64,000 nt of DNA, taken from assembly GCA_963769935.1 (NCBI GenBank), contig CAVYNY010000018.1, positions 256,001 to 320,000 of the forward strand, given 5' to 3'. Shown here piece after piece: positions 10,081 through 20,200 of this stretch. The notes beneath the pieces are model-generated. The model saw only the letters and a list, made by a program, of their open reading frames with translations, did no database searches and was not told the DNA's origin. Within the stretch, counting starts at the first letter, position 1, and each line of letters opens with the position of its first letter. Made by a program: the position numbers and the translations under genes. Source of the DNA: an uncultured delta proteobacterium. Its GTDB lineage: Bacteria; Desulfobacterota; Desulfobacteria; Desulfobacterales; JAFDCJ01.

Positions 10081-11358
10081 ATGACGGATCTGGACAAAAA
10101 CGAACAACAGATCATCGCGGCGACGGAAAAACTGGAAGCGGATATCGTCGATTTTGCCGGTCGGCTGGTGGCCGAACCCAGCACGCTGGGCAACGAAATT
10201 TCGGCCCTGCAGGTAATGGAGATCGAGCTTGAAAAGCTGGGTTTCGAAACCAGCAGAGTGCCGATCGATCCGGCGAGCCTCGCCGAACACCCGGGTTATG
10301 CACCGGTGCCTTGGAGTTATGAAAACCGCTCCAACATTGTCGGCATCCGAGCGGCCGGCGCTGAAGGCGGCCGCAGCCTGCTGTTCAACGGGCATCTGGA
10401 CGTGGTCGATCCGGGAGGCCCCGCCTTCTGGCAACGGGATCCCTTTGTGCCTGAAATTCGCGACGGCTGGCTCTACGGCCGGGGAGCAGGCGACATGAAA
10501 GCCGGTGTTGCCGCCATGACCTATGCCGTCAAAGCCGTTGAAAATGCCGGCTTTGCCCTGCGGGCCCCGGTGACGGTGGAAGCGGTGATCGAGGAAGAGT
10601 GCAGCGGCAACGGTGCCCTGGCCTGCATCCAGGCCGGTCATGACGCCGAGGCCGTCTTGATTCCGGAGCCGTTCGGACCGACCATCCTGACCCACCAGGT
10701 CGGGGTGCTATGGTTCAAGGTCAGCGTGGCCGGAGCCGCCCGCCATGTGCTGGCGGCAGGTGCCGGGGTGAACGCCATCGAGACCTGTTATCCCATCATA
10801 TCCGCTTTGCGCGGTCTGGAAGCCGAGCTCAACGAAGGCCCGCGGCCGGAGGCCTACGGGGGCATCGACCATCCGTTGAATCTTAATATCGGAATTTTTA
10901 AGGGCGGCAGTTGGCCGTCCTCGGTGCCGGATACCGCTGAATTTCACGGGCGGCTGTCCTATTTTCCCGGCATTCGATTCGAGGCGGTCCGCCAGAGGAT
11001 CATCCAAACGGTAATGCAGGCAGCCGACGAAAATCCCTGGCTGACTGCCAACCCGCCTGAAGTTGAATTTTACGGATTTCGCTCCGACGGCCACGGCATC
11101 GACCGCAACCTGCCGGCCCTGGCAACGCTCAATGGATGCCACCGGACGCTGTCAGGCGCAGATGCCGCAGCTTATATTGCCACCTGCACCACGGATGTGC
11201 GGGCCTTTCATCACTTCGGACGCAGCCAGGCCACCTGCTATGGACCGGTGGCGGAAAGCATCCATGGCGCCAATGAAAGGGTTAATCTCGGCAGCGTAAT
11301 CCAGACGGCCAAAACCTATGCCCTTTTTGCGGCCCGCTGGTGCGGACTGGTTGAATAA
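10081..11358 (+). CDS. M20 ArgE/DapE-family deacylase
   Basis: LLFNGHLDVV, YGRGAGDMK.G, EEE..G.G, PEP and HG.NE. Confidence 0.92.
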   Translation: MTDLDKNEQQIIAATEKLEADIVDFAGRLVAEPSTLGNEISALQVMEIELEKLGFETSRVPIDPASLAEHPGYAPVPWSYENRSNIVGIRAAGAEGGRSLLFNGHLDVVDPGGPAFWQRDPFVPEIRDGWLYGRGAGDMKAGVAAMTYAVKAVENAGFALRAPVTVEAVIEEECSGNGALACIQAGHDAEAVLIPEPFGPTILTHQVGVLWFKVSVAGAARHVLAAGAGVNAIETCYPIISALRGLEAELNEGPRPEAYGGIDHPLNLNIGIFKGGSWPSSVPDTAEFHGRLSYFPGIRFEAVRQRIIQTVMQAADENPWLTANPPEVEFYGFRSDGHGIDRNLPALATLNGCHRTLSGADAAAYIATCTTDVRAFHHFGRSQATCYGPVAESIHGANERVNLGSVIQTAKTYALFAARWCGLVE

Positions 11359-11424
11359 CGAAACGGTCAATGCAGCGGGCCGGCAGCCAAGTTCAGTCTC
11401 CCCTCCGGAGGGTTACTCATTCCA

Positions 11425-12699
11425 TCAGTTTTCCGGTGGTCGCTGATGCGAAGAATCGGCCGGGGCGCTGCCCGCCTTTTTAAGCAACTCCCGGTCTTTT
11501 TCCATAAAATATACCCAGGCATTGCGGGACATGAGGCAATAATCTGCTTCACACAGCTTCTCCAGGATCTCGAGGTGCAATTCACGCGCTGCAACATGGT
11601 CAGGCTCCTGCTTCAGCAAAATATCGAGCACCTGCAAGGCCAGCTGAGCCTGGTCCCGGGTCAGCAACGTCTGCGCCCTTTTTAAAATGGCCTCGGGATC
11701 GCCGATCAGGCTGTAAATCTCTCTATTGACCTCACTTTCAGGCCGGGGCAGGAGGTTGGCCGGGTTGTTGTCGAAATAGCCGTGATACCAGCGGTAAATA
11801 TTATATACGGCAAATTCGGGCCTTGAATATATAAATTGCAGCGCCTTGTTATCTCTGAGATGGTCCGGCAGCTTGACCGCATGGATCATTTCAGCCACCG
11901 GAATATCTTTGTTAATGCCGTCCACCACCTGATCGTGAATGGAATAGATGCCCTCGATATTCGCATCCAACAATTCTTTCACCGCCTGCCTGCCCTGATA
12001 AACCGCCTGCCCGCCGTGGGCAATCAACAGCGCTGCACTTTTTGCCCGAACCTCTTCCAGTGCCCGGGCCCAGGAAAGTGCAAACCGCGTCGGTTTCCAG
12101 GGGTTGCCGATATTCGGATACCCGGCAATAATCAAATCCCCCACAAAAACCGTCTCAACCTCGGGCACATACACCCAGGCAGCGTCGTCAGTCTCGGCCC
12201 GGGCATGATACAATTCAAAGGTCTTTTCTCCCAGCTGGAACACCATTGACTCATCGAACATGATCGTCGGCTGAACAATCGGCGGCAGTCCTCGTTGGAG
12301 CTCCATGGGCAGATTGAACTGAATGGCGTTGATCCTGAGGTAGTGCTCCTTTAAAATTTCATACTTATGCAACCTTTCAGGTAAAAGTCTCTGTCCGATA
12401 AATTGGGGATGATCGTCCGCAAAAATGCTGGCGCCGCCGACATGATCCCGGTGACCGTGGGTATAGATAACGTATTTTACAGGCCTTCCGGTTTCGGCGA
12501 TTTCAGCTTTCATTTTGCGGGCCAGCCCCGGGTTCAAAAGGGTATCGATGACGACGATCCCTTCGTTGGTGCACACCCAGGATGCACTGGCAATTCTGAT
12601 TTTGGCCACACCGATGTCCCGGTGCGGATGTTCAAATTCCACCTGACCGGAAAGGATGACCTGCATGGCTTGGTTTTTTTGAATCGGCTGTCGAATCAT
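11425..12699 (-). CDS. Metallo-beta-lactamase-fold hydrolase, alkyl-sulfatase (SdsA-like) family with dimerisation domain
   Basis: IDT, THGHRDHVGG (HxHxDH), ETDD, GD....YPN, AHG, and Y.GYFD.NPA.L.P typical of the alkyl-sulfatase dimerisation region. Confidence 0.8.
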   Translation of the reverse strand: MIRQPIQKNQAMQVILSGQVEFEHPHRDIGVAKIRIASASWVCTNEGIVVIDTLLNPGLARKMKAEIAETGRPVKYVIYTHGHRDHVGGASIFADDHPQFIGQRLLPERLHKYEILKEHYLRINAIQFNLPMELQRGLPPIVQPTIMFDESMVFQLGEKTFELYHARAETDDAAWVYVPEVETVFVGDLIIAGYPNIGNPWKPTRFALSWARALEEVRAKSAALLIAHGGQAVYQGRQAVKELLDANIEGIYSIHDQVVDGINKDIPVAEMIHAVKLPDHLRDNKALQFIYSRPEFAVYNIYRWYHGYFDNNPANLLPRPESEVNREIYSLIGDPEAILKRAQTLLTRDQAQLALQVLDILLKQEPDHVAARELHLEILEKLCEADYCLMSRNAWVYFMEKDRELLKKAGSAPADSSHQRPPEN

Positions 12700-12735
12700 A
12701 ATATTTTCCTGACGAATATGAGTTGGGGATAAAAG

Positions 12736-13500
12736 TTAGAAGCCTTCAACGTCACCTACCGGAATTTCGATCTCACTGACAAAGCTGGTTGTGGTGGCCA
12801 GCCATTCAGAAATCAAAATGATATGGTTTTGCGGATCACGAATGACAATGGAGCGGTGAAAGACCGGAGTTCCGTCCGGCAGGCCGAGCAAGCCGGCACT
12901 TTCGACATCACACAGCCATGGTCGCAGGGTGGTCGTTATCTTCAGGGCGGGGTAGTGCCTGCGTTTGAGAACTTCGATGAGGATATAGCTGTCGGCCAGC
13001 AGATCTTCGCCGTATTCCGCGACCACATGCGCCGGCACGTAAACCTGCGCGACCCTGCGATGCCACGGCTTGTCGGGTGACTTCCATACCCTGTAGAGAA
13101 AAAAGATCATGTTGTTTTTAAATGCGGCGGATTGGTCCTGAAACAGTTGTTTTATGCGGCGGGGGGGCGTGATCCACCTATGAGACAAGGTGTGCGGTTT
13201 CATTGAAGTCAGACTGCGCAGCAGGTTTTCGCGGGAATTTTCGGGAACCCACATTGCCACGTCGACTTCGTCACGGATCAAGGTGCCCATGCCGCGTTTT
13301 TTAACGATCAGCCCTTCTTCAGCGAGCAGGGCCATTGCCTTGCGCACCGTGGCGTGGGAAACGCCGTAACGCGCGTGCAGGATATCGATATTCGGCACAC
13401 GCGAACCGGGCTCGATTTCGCCGAGCATGATTTCGTTCTTAAGCATCAGATAAAATTGAAAATAAAGTGGAATATGGCCATCTTTGAGTTTCATGGGCAC
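12736..13500 (-). CDS. GntR-family (HutC/UTRA) transcriptional regulator
   Basis: PLY.Q, PG.R.P, YGVS..TVRKA...L..EGLI....G.GT; C-terminal LLGL..GTPV UTRA-like segment. Confidence 0.9.
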   Translation of the reverse strand: MPMKLKDGHIPLYFQFYLMLKNEIMLGEIEPGSRVPNIDILHARYGVSHATVRKAMALLAEEGLIVKKRGMGTLIRDEVDVAMWVPENSRENLLRSLTSMKPHTLSHRWITPPRRIKQLFQDQSAAFKNNMIFFLYRVWKSPDKPWHRRVAQVYVPAHVVAEYGEDLLADSYILIEVLKRRHYPALKITTTLRPWLCDVESAGLLGLPDGTPVFHRSIVIRDPQNHIILISEWLATTTSFVSEIEIPVGDVEGF

Positions 13501-13505
13501 CTCAA

Positions 13506-13565
13506 TTATGACTATTTGACGTCATAACAATTTTTGCTCTTGACAGATTGCGTTCGCCATGTCAA
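13506..13565. promoter_or_regulatory. Candidate operator palindrome and back-to-back -35 boxes in the divergent GntR/ABC intergenic region
   Basis: TTATGAC-N8-GTCATAA (13506-13527) next to the regulator start; TTGACA (13540-13545) ... TGTCAA (13560-13565). Confidence 0.5.
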
Positions 13566-13724
13566 GTCCTACTTTGCAGAACCGCGTCACCGGATGGAAA
13601 ATTTTGGATCAACGGCTGCAATGAAACCTTACCTGCCGGCATGGCTGGGTCTCGTTTTCAACTAATTCAACAGCTTGAAGCTTTATCGAATTTTTCGATG
13701 TTTCATCACAAGGAGGTTTTCCAA

Positions 13725-15050
13725 ATGAAGCGAAGCGGATCTTCAATTTTTGCGGTGTTTGTATCGGTCGTTCTGGTTTATTTTTTAGGCGCCGGCGCGG
13801 CGCCGGCCCTGGCGCAAGATTTCAACTGGCGCAAATACGAAGGCACCACCATCCGGTGCCTGATGAGCAAAAGTGCCTTCACCAAGGATAATATCAAACA
13901 CATCAAAGACTTCGAAGCGCTCAGCGGAATTACGGTTCAGCACGAGCATTATCCTTCCCAGCAGTTGCGCAAAAAAGTTCTGGTGGAACTCGGCGGCGGC
14001 AACAAGGATCTGGATATGTTCCAGGGGCTGATGAAAATGGCTTTCCAGTACGAAGGCGCCGGCTGGCTGTACCCGCTGGATGCGTTTCTCACCGATCCCG
14101 CCATGAAGGCCCCCGGATTTGATTACAACGATTTTTTTCCGCAGCTGAAGGCCAAAATTAATGGCAAAACCATCGGACTGGTCAACAGCACCAACCCTCA
14201 GGTGCTTATCTACCGCAAGGACTTGTTTGAAAAATACGGCATCAAGGTGCCGGGAAACTGGCAGGAGTTGGAAGCGGCGGCCAAAAAGTTGACCATGGAC
14301 ACCGACGGAGACGGTAAAACCGACATTTTCGGCTGGATCGCCCGCATGGACCAGGAAAATACCGCTCCGTTTGCAAGTTTTTTGTATAACAACAACGCGA
14401 CCTATCTTGACAAGAATCGCCGGCCAGTTTTCAATTCACCCCAAGCGGTGGAAGCCCTGGAAATGTACGGCCGCTTGGCGCGGGATTACGGTCCTCCGGG
14501 AGCAGCAACCATCGGGTGGAAAGAGGTTGTCGGCGCCCTGGCCCAGGGCAAAGCCGCCATGACGGTGGAAATCTCCATTTTCGCCAAAATGATCCTGGAA
14601 AACCCCAAATCCTCCAAAGTTGCCGGCAAGCTGGGCTATGCTCCATTTCCGGCATCCCACGGCGGCGCCTACAAGGCGGTTTTGCCCTGCAATATGTATT
14701 TTGTAAGTTCCATGTCTGAAAAGAAGGAAGCGGCCTGGCTGCTCCTGCAGTATCTCGGGCAGAAAAAAGTGGTTATGGATTCTCAGATGAAAGGCCTGCC
14801 CACACCGCTTAAATCTGTCTGGACGGATCCGCAATTCAAGGCGGCCGACACGCTGCCTGAACTTTCGGCGCTTCAATTTGATGCCATCCAAAATGGCATC
14901 ATCGGTTTCGAGATTCCCATTGCTGGATTCTCGGAGGCCAGACCGGTCATCCAGCGCTTGATCTATACCGCCTATGAAGGCGGCAATGTCCAAAAGGCTG
15001 CCGATGAGGCAGTGGCCGAAGTGCAGGAAATTATGAAGCGAACGGAGTAG
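13725..15050 (+). CDS. Carbohydrate (CUT1) ABC transporter substrate-binding protein
   Basis: AAGGAGG Shine-Dalgarno before ATG 13725; signal peptide; YRKDLF...G..VP..W.EL..AA.KL and F.SP.A.EA motifs. Confidence 0.9.
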   Translation: MKRSGSSIFAVFVSVVLVYFLGAGAAPALAQDFNWRKYEGTTIRCLMSKSAFTKDNIKHIKDFEALSGITVQHEHYPSQQLRKKVLVELGGGNKDLDMFQGLMKMAFQYEGAGWLYPLDAFLTDPAMKAPGFDYNDFFPQLKAKINGKTIGLVNSTNPQVLIYRKDLFEKYGIKVPGNWQELEAAAKKLTMDTDGDGKTDIFGWIARMDQENTAPFASFLYNNNATYLDKNRRPVFNSPQAVEALEMYGRLARDYGPPGAATIGWKEVVGALAQGKAAMTVEISIFAKMILENPKSSKVAGKLGYAPFPASHGGAYKAVLPCNMYFVSSMSEKKEAAWLLLQYLGQKKVVMDSQMKGLPTPLKSVWTDPQFKAADTLPELSALQFDAIQNGIIGFEIPIAGFSEARPVIQRLIYTAYEGGNVQKAADEAVAEVQEIMKRTE

Positions 15051-15060
15051 GCAAATCGAT

Positions 15061-15966
15061 ATGGGAAGCCGTTTTAACGGAGAATTTGTGCTGGATGCCG
15101 TTGATCGACACATCCGGTGGCTCTTTCCAACGCCGGCCATCCTCGTGGCCGGCGGCCTTTTTGTCTACCCGTTTATCCGGTTGTTCTGGTTAAGTTTCAA
15201 CCATTGGATGCTGGCAACCCGTGAGCCGCCGACCTTCATCGGGCTGTCCAATTATACCCAGGCATTTTTTCAGGATGCGCATTTCTGGAAAGCTGTCTGG
15301 CTGACGCTGTATTACGCGGCGGGATCCGTTGCCGGCCAGTTTATCATCGGTTTTGCGCTGGCGCTTTTGCTCAACCGAACCTTCAGGGGCGAGGCTGCCT
15401 TTCGCACCATTTTGCTGTTCCCGCTGATCGCCACCCCGGTGGCCATGTCGCTTGTCTGGTCCATGTTGATGAATCCGATGCTGGGGCACCTGAACTGGTA
15501 TCTTTCACTGTTCGGCATCGGACCCTCCAATTGGGCCGCCGATTCGGCCACGGTCATGCCGTCGCTGATCATGGTCGAAATCTGGCACTGGACGCCGATG
15601 ACCATGCTGGTTTTGCTGGCGGGACTAAAAAGCCTGCCGCGGGATCCGTTTGAGGCGGCGGTCATGGACGGTGCCGGCAAGATCCAGATTTTTTTTAAAA
15701 TCACGCTGCCCCTGATGCAGCCTCATATTTTTTTGATTCTGATTTTAAGGCTGGTGCAGGGGCTCAAGGTATTCGACAAGATTTACGTTATCTCCGGCGG
15801 CGGACCCAACCGGGCCTCGGAAACGCTGAACATCATGATCTATGATCAAGCATTCGGTGCGCTGAACTACGGATACGCGTCCGCCCTGGGCATGATCATG
15901 ATGGCCATGATTTTGGTCATTACCTTGTCCCTGTTTAAATTCAGGCAGCGGAAGTGGAGATATTAG
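15061..15966 (+). CDS. CUT1 ABC transporter permease
   Basis: F.GL.NY, W.WTP...LVLLAGL.SLP...EAA.MDGA, ITLP and GGP...SETL. Confidence 0.92.
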   Translation: MGSRFNGEFVLDAVDRHIRWLFPTPAILVAGGLFVYPFIRLFWLSFNHWMLATREPPTFIGLSNYTQAFFQDAHFWKAVWLTLYYAAGSVAGQFIIGFALALLLNRTFRGEAAFRTILLFPLIATPVAMSLVWSMLMNPMLGHLNWYLSLFGIGPSNWAADSATVMPSLIMVEIWHWTPMTMLVLLAGLKSLPRDPFEAAVMDGAGKIQIFFKITLPLMQPHIFLILILRLVQGLKVFDKIYVISGGGPNRASETLNIMIYDQAFGALNYGYASALGMIMMAMILVITLSLFKFRQRKWRY

Positions 15967-15968
15967 GC

Positions 15969-16793
15969 ATGAGAGGCCGGGATATAAGCTTTCTTGCGCG
16001 CCGTACGCTGTTTTATCTGATTCTGGCAGCAGTGGCGGCATCCTTTTTTTTCCCGTTCCTATGGGTGGTTTTCACCTCCCTGCAGGATGCTCAATCCGCA
16101 GCCGAAGTTCCGCCGCACTTTCCTTTTATGCCGACGTTCGACAATTTTCGCCAGGTGATCGAAGAGGCCGAATTTATCAGCAGTCTTTGGAACTCGACGG
16201 TTGTGGTGTTTATGACCCTGGCGGCCAATTTAATTATTTCCCTGCCGGCGGCTTATATAATCGCACGCTACCGCCGCCGGTGGCTGATGTTTATTATCAT
16301 GTTCCTGCAGATGGCCCCCTGGATCGTACTTTTGCTGCCCTGGTACATCATCTTCAAACAGCTCGGTCTTTATGACACCTACATCGGCCTGGTGCTGTCC
16401 AACCTGACCTATATGATACCGTTTACCGTCTGGTTGATGCTGGGCTTCTTCGAGGATATTCCCCTGGAGGTTGAAGAGGCGGCCTGGCTGGACGGCTGCT
16501 CACAGCTGGGTACATTTATCCGGATCGTGGTCCCGCTGGCCAAAGGCGGTATCATTACCATCTGCACCCTTGGTTTCATGTTTTCGTGGAACATCTTTCT
16601 TTTCCCGCTGGTGTTATCCGGGTACAAAACCAAAACACTGCCGGTGATGATCTACGGCTTTCTGGCCGATAATTCCCTGAATTTCGGACCTCTGGCCGCG
16701 GCGGCGATTCTGATAACACTGCCGGTCATTGTCTTTGTTCTCATCAATCAGCGCTATTTTCGCGAAGGGGTCGCACTGGGAGGAAGAAAATAA
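15969..16793 (+). CDS. CUT1 ABC transporter permease
   Basis: FF.DIP.EVEEAA.LDGC, WN.FL, TLP and Q.YF..G...G. Confidence 0.92.
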   Translation: MRGRDISFLARRTLFYLILAAVAASFFFPFLWVVFTSLQDAQSAAEVPPHFPFMPTFDNFRQVIEEAEFISSLWNSTVVVFMTLAANLIISLPAAYIIARYRRRWLMFIIMFLQMAPWIVLLLPWYIIFKQLGLYDTYIGLVLSNLTYMIPFTVWLMLGFFEDIPLEVEEAAWLDGCSQLGTFIRIVVPLAKGGIITICTLGFMFSWNIFLFPLVLSGYKTKTLPVMIYGFLADNSLNFGPLAAAAILITLPVIVFVLINQRYFREGVALGGRK

Positions 16794-17870
16794 ATGAAGA
16801 TCGCCAACGTCAATACCCGCCTGTATGAGGACCCATTTTTTCCCCAGCTTCTGGTGCAGGTCACCACGGCTGAGGGACTGACCGGCACCGGAGAATGCTG
16901 GTGGGGTATTTCACCGGCGGCACCGGAAATCCGCAATCTGAATTTAAATCCCGCCGCCATGGTGGACCCGATCGCATCCGTCGTCGAGAATCTGCTGCGC
17001 CCGCTGCTGGTCGGCAGACCGTCCGAGCGCATCGAAGACCTGTGGCAGCAAATGATCCATTTCGTCTACCGCTACGGCGACGAGGGGCTCGTGCGCTGCG
17101 CCGTCAGCGGGGTTGATATGGCTTTGTGGGATCTGCTGGGCAGGCAGGTCGGAGTTCCGGTGATCCAGTTTTTAGGCGGTCCCGTCAAGGATGGTCTGCG
17201 TGCGTACGCCAGTTTGCCGCCTCTTAAAGACCCCGGCCGCCTCCGGCAGGAATCCGGACGCGCGCGCCAAGCAGGCTTTTCCGGAATTAAACTGCATGAA
17301 ACGGATCCGGCAGCCGCCGGAATCGTACGGGAAGAGGTCGGTCCCGATGTGGCCCTTATGTTTGACGTAAACGGCCACTTTTCACCCATTGAGGCGCTCA
17401 AAATTGCCGCTTGCCTGAAGACACATGACGTCTATTGGTTTGAGGAGCCCGTCTGGCCGATGCGGGATCACCGCGCAATGGGGCGCATCAAAAAAGAGAC
17501 CGGCATCGGCATTGCGGCCGGCGAAAACGAATATGATCTGGACAGTTTTCACCGCCTCATGACCAGCGGCGCGGCTGATTTTATCATGCCCGAAATCACC
17601 AAAATCGGCGGCCTGACATCCGCCAGAAAAATTTCGACCCTGGCCGAAGTCTTCAATCGGATCATTTCGCCGCATGGTTTCCGTATCGGCCCGGCATTAT
17701 ATGCCAACATCCACTGGGCGCTGAGCTGTCCGGTCAGCGATTGGATCGAGGTCCCCTTCCTGCCTGAAGGCTATGAATTTCCGGCCGGAATCCCGATGCC
17801 GCCAATGGAAGACGGAACGATTCGGCTGCCCCAGGGAACGGGGCTGGGACTTCCGGAGGGGATTATCTGA
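16794..17870 (+). CDS. Mandelate racemase/muconate lactonizing enzyme (enolase superfamily) protein, probable acid dehydratase
   Basis: G.GE, SGVDMALWDLLG, LGG, metal ligands D (FDVN), E (WFEEP) and E (AGEN), PH and G.GLG. Confidence 0.9.
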   Translation: MKIANVNTRLYEDPFFPQLLVQVTTAEGLTGTGECWWGISPAAPEIRNLNLNPAAMVDPIASVVENLLRPLLVGRPSERIEDLWQQMIHFVYRYGDEGLVRCAVSGVDMALWDLLGRQVGVPVIQFLGGPVKDGLRAYASLPPLKDPGRLRQESGRARQAGFSGIKLHETDPAAAGIVREEVGPDVALMFDVNGHFSPIEALKIAACLKTHDVYWFEEPVWPMRDHRAMGRIKKETGIGIAAGENEYDLDSFHRLMTSGAADFIMPEITKIGGLTSARKISTLAEVFNRIISPHGFRIGPALYANIHWALSCPVSDWIEVPFLPEGYEFPAGIPMPPMEDGTIRLPQGTGLGLPEGII

Positions 17871-18958
17871 TGGCACAGGTGCGCTTGGAAAATGTCAGCA
17901 AACGCTTCGGGGATGTCAAAGCGGTCAAAAATTTTTCCCTCGATATCGCCGACGGTGAATTCATCATCCTGGTCGGACCGTCCGGCTGCGGCAAAACCAC
18001 CTTGCTGAGAATTGTGGCCGGCCTTGAGAAACCGACCGCAGGCGAGATCTATATCGCCGGTGATGCCATCACCCATGTTCTGCCCAAAAAACGGGACATT
18101 GCCATGGTCTTCCAAAATTATGCACTTTACCCGCACAAAAAAGTTTATGACAATCTGGCCTTCTGTCTTCAAATTCGCCGGTTACCGCGGGCCCAGATCG
18201 CGGAAAGGGTACGCAATACGGCCAATCTGCTGGGCATCGGCGATCTGCTGACCCGCTACCCGCATCAGCTGTCCGGCGGTCAGCGTCAGCGGGTAGCCCT
18301 CGGCCGGGCTATCATCCGCAACCCGAAAGTATTTCTGTTTGATGAACCCCTGTCCAACCTCGATGCCAAGCTGCGGGTGAGCATGCGCACCGAATTGCTG
18401 GATCTTCATTACCGCCTGAAGAGCACCGCCATCTATGTGACCCACGACCAGATGGAGGCGATGACCATGGGCAGCCGGATCGTTATCATGAAAGACGGCG
18501 AGGTCCAACAGGTCGATACGCCTAAAATCGTTTATGAAAATCCGGCCAACCGATTTGTGGCGGAATTCATCGGCTCGCCGGCCATGAATATCTTTGAATG
18601 CACGCTACAAACCCAAAACGATCGCCTGTTTGCCGCTTGTGGCGGGTTAAAATTGAAGATACCGCCGGATAAAGCGCGGCAATTGGCTGCTTACGGCAGC
18701 CGGCAGGTGATTTTAGGTCTGCGGCCGGAACATATCTGTTTGGGCCGGAATCAAACCGGCACTGATTTCACGGCCCAGGTGCGGATAGTTGAACTGCTGG
18801 GGTCCGAACAGCTTCTGAACCTGGAAGTGGGAGACCGGCGCTTCACCGCCCGTCTGGATCCGACGACCACGTTTCAAATCGGCGAAACCCGCCAGTTTTC
18901 AGCCGATATGAGTCGGGCTCATATATTTGACCCGGCCACTACGCTGACCATCTTTTAA
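17870..18958 (+). CDS. CUT1 ABC transporter ATP-binding protein (MalK/UgpC-like)
   Basis: GPSGCGKTT, MVFQNYALYPH, LSGGQRQRVALGRA, DEPLSNLDAKLR and FIGSPAMN. Confidence 0.95.
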   Translation: MAQVRLENVSKRFGDVKAVKNFSLDIADGEFIILVGPSGCGKTTLLRIVAGLEKPTAGEIYIAGDAITHVLPKKRDIAMVFQNYALYPHKKVYDNLAFCLQIRRLPRAQIAERVRNTANLLGIGDLLTRYPHQLSGGQRQRVALGRAIIRNPKVFLFDEPLSNLDAKLRVSMRTELLDLHYRLKSTAIYVTHDQMEAMTMGSRIVIMKDGEVQQVDTPKIVYENPANRFVAEFIGSPAMNIFECTLQTQNDRLFAACGGLKLKIPPDKARQLAAYGSRQVILGLRPEHICLGRNQTGTDFTAQVRIVELLGSEQLLNLEVGDRRFTARLDPTTTFQIGETRQFSADMSRAHIFDPATTLTIF

Positions 18959-19003
18959 CCTGCGCCGGACAAGACGTTCGGGTAAATAAAGGGAGGATAT
19001 CCA

Positions 19004-20200
19004 TTGCCAGAATTACCGTTGGAAAATATTACCGTGATTGATTTTGCAACCCTGATTGCCGCCCCCGGGATTGCGACTTTTTTAGGAGATTTCGGCGCCA
19101 CCGTTATCAAGGTCGAGCAGCCCGACATCGGCGATCCCATTCGCGCCAAGTTATTTTACGAGGACGGCCGCAGTCCCATCTGGTTAAATGAGAGCCGCAA
19201 CAAAAAAACAATCACCCTTAACCTCAGGACCCGGGAAGGACAAAATATTGCCCATAGACTTGCCGCCAGGGCGGATGTCGTGCTGATGAACTTTCGTCCC
19301 GGTCAGGCCGAAGCCTGGAACCTGGGTCCCGAAGACCTGCATGCCACCAAGCCCGATTTGATCGTGGCCCTTGTTTCGGCCTACGGTCAGACCGGTCCTC
19401 TGCGAAGAAAAGGCGGATTCGATCGGACGGCCGGCGCTTTTGCCGGTACCACCTATGTCACCGGATATCCGGATCGCCCGCCGGTTCGAACCGGCTACGC
19501 CATGATCGACTACATGACCGGCTATCTGGGTGCATTCGGTGTGATGACCGCGCTTTACAACCGGGACGTTCGCGGCGGCGGCGGTGAGGTCATTGATTTG
19601 AGCCTGGTTGAAGCCGGCTTTCGCTCTTCGGAATCGGCGCTGATGGAGTACAGTCTGACAGGCAGAATTCGGGAGCGCACCGGCAACCGCAACCCCCATT
19701 TCGTGCCGGCTGAGGATTTTGAAACCGCCGACGGAAAAATTCTGGTAATAAACGCCGGAACCGATTCCCTCTGGCAGAAACTCGCCCATACCATGGGACA
19801 GCCCCAACTGCTCGATGATCCGCGGTTTAACAACACCGTCACTCGAATCATGAACCAGAATGAACTTTACGAGATTATCGCCCAATGGGTCAAAGGGCTG
19901 ACATCCGAGCAAGGACTCAGCATACTTGACGAAGCCGGTGTCCCGGCTGATATAATCCGCAACATCGAAGACCTGGCCCGAAATCCCCACATGCTTGAAC
20001 GGGCAGCAATTGTTGAAGTAGACGATGCGGAAAAAGGCAAAGTACTGGTCCCCGGAATTTTTCCCAAAATGAAAAATTCACCCGGAAAAATCAGGTTTCT
20101 GGGGGCAAAATTAGGCGAATACAATCGCGAAATATACGAGGATTTTCTAGGTATCTCGCCGGAAGAATTAGCTGACCTGGCTCAAAAAGGAGTCGTTTAG
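19004..20200 (+). CDS. CaiB/BaiF family III CoA-transferase
   Basis: LGDFGA.VIKVE.P..GD..R, RNKK.I.LNL, NFRPG, SAYGQTGP and GFD (catalytic Asp); GGAGG Shine-Dalgarno before a TTG start. Confidence 0.92.
   Translation: MPELPLENITVIDFATLIAAPGIATFLGDFGATVIKVEQPDIGDPIRAKLFYEDGRSPIWLNESRNKKTITLNLRTREGQNIAHRLAARADVVLMNFRPGQAEAWNLGPEDLHATKPDLIVALVSAYGQTGPLRRKGGFDRTAGAFAGTTYVTGYPDRPPVRTGYAMIDYMTGYLGAFGVMTALYNRDVRGGGGEVIDLSLVEAGFRSSESALMEYSLTGRIRERTGNRNPHFVPAEDFETADGKILVINAGTDSLWQKLAHTMGQPQLLDDPRFNNTVTRIMNQNELYEIIAQWVKGLTSEQGLSILDEAGVPADIIRNIEDLARNPHMLERAAIVEVDDAEKGKVLVPGIFPKMKNSPGKIRFLGAKLGEYNREIYEDFLGISPEELADLAQKGVV

Noticed and set aside
13548..13724. 59-codon N-terminal extension of the sugar-binding protein ORF
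   Set aside because: A strong Shine-Dalgarno and a signal peptide point to ATG 13725.
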